Assembly: GCF_009914755.1 (NCBI RefSeq)
Contig: NC_060930.1
DNA length: 64,000 nucleotides
Source: the human T2T-CHM13v2.0 reference genome, Homo sapiens
Direction: 5' to 3' (one strand)
In this document: positions 62,772 to 64,000 of the stretch, piece by piece
Numbering within the stretch: position 1 is the stretch's first letter
Layout of the letters: each line of letters starts with the position of its first letter
Notes under the pieces: generated by a model
The model's database searches: none
What the model saw: the letters and a program-made list of their open reading frames with translations, nothing else
What the model was told of the DNA's origin: nothing
Position numbers and translations under genes: made by a program

Positions 62772-63149
62772 GGTAATGAGGTATGCTAGTAGAAATTAAG
62801 TTTGTACTGTGTTTGTTTTCCCTATGTCTTGGGAACAGATGTATCAGAAACTCACACACTCACTCGATTGGGGAGAAACGTGGGGATTCTCTCTACAAAG
62901 AGCACAATCACTGAAAGTAGTCTGCTTGAAGGATAGTGTCCTATTTCAACTTTGACATGTGATGGCTCCTGAGGGTAGAGCATTGAAAAGAAGGCAAAGG
63001 ATGGTCGAGATACATCCCATTCACCTATTTCCCTGTCTCAAGTAAATGTATATCCTGGGAAGGACAGACAGACATGTAATAGGGAGAAGTGAGGTGGCTG
63101 GCTACATTCAGTTCAGTAATTGAATATAGATACAGGTATTGGTTCTGAA

Positions 63150-64000
63150 GTTTTTTTAACATGGTAAAATATATATATAATCTACCTTTTTAGTCATTTG
63201 TAGTTGCACAGTTCAGCTACATTAAGCATATTCACATTGTTGTCCAACCAACACCACCATCCAACTCCAGAAATTTTTAATTTTCCCAAACTAAAACTCC
63301 ATACCCATTAAACACTCACTTCCTGATTCCTACCCCTCTCCAGGCCCTGGTAACTGCTATTCTATTTTCTGTCTCTAGGAATTTGACTACTCGAGTATCT
63401 CATAAAAGTGGAATCATACGATATTTCTGTGTGACTGCTTATTTCACTTCGAATATTTTCCGAGTTCTTCCATGTCATAGCATGTATCAAAATTTTATTC
63501 CTTTTTAACGGTGAATAATAATATCAGAAGATGAAAAATGCCTACGGCAGCAAAAAGTAAGCCAAATAGATGTGAAGCCAACAAAGGGCCTCCATGTTAT
63601 ATACATACATACCACATTTTATTTATCCACTTATTCATTGATGGACATTTAGCTACTATGAATTATACTGCTATGAACAGTGATGTACAGATATCTGTTC
63701 AAGTCCCTGCCTTCAGGTTTTGGGGGTATATACCTAGAAATGAAATTGCTGGGTGATCATCTATATTTCAGTTGTGTGGAACCACCATACTGATTTCCAC
63801 AGCGGTTGCACCAGCAAAGTACAAGAATTTCTATTTCTCTACATCCCTGTTGAACTTTTTACTTCCTTTTTTGTTGTTTTGATAATAGTTATCCTAATGG
63901 ATGTGGTACTTCACTGTGGTTTTGACCAGCATTTCCCTAATAATTAGTGATGTTGAGTGTCTTTTACTGAGCTTATTGGCGTGATTATGAAGATTTGAAA
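63150..64000 (-). mobile_element. L1MA/MB 3' region
   Basis: L1 3'UTR and ORF2-end motifs (aagtggaatcata..., gcatttccctaataattagtgatgttgag). Confidence 0.85.

Overview
This is primate (human-like) nuclear DNA, AT-rich and dense in repeats: about 24 Alus, L1PA/L1PB/L1M pieces, L2, MIR, MaLR/ERV LTRs, hAT/Tigger DNA transposons and microsatellites. I find no intact protein-coding gene; the ORF-track ORFs are repeat-derived, chance ORFs, or fragments of decayed exons. The main signal is on the minus strand between the repeats: about 20 exon-sized blocks from ~53,230 down to ~1,150. They have AG/GT(-like) borders and chain in reading phase into one ~1,150-1,250-aa protein, broken by many stops, frameshifts and mutated donors, which points to an old unprocessed (probably unitary) pseudogene. 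The hand-reconstructed product has a signal-peptide-like start, a ~800-aa N-glycosylation-rich ectodomain, a TM helix followed by KKRK, and then a multi-pass module. That module has features reminiscent of the gustatory-receptor-like / 7-TM ion channel (7TMIC) fold (inference only). I could not name the gene or locus. Repeat subfamily calls are from memory of consensus sequences and repeat boundaries are approximate.
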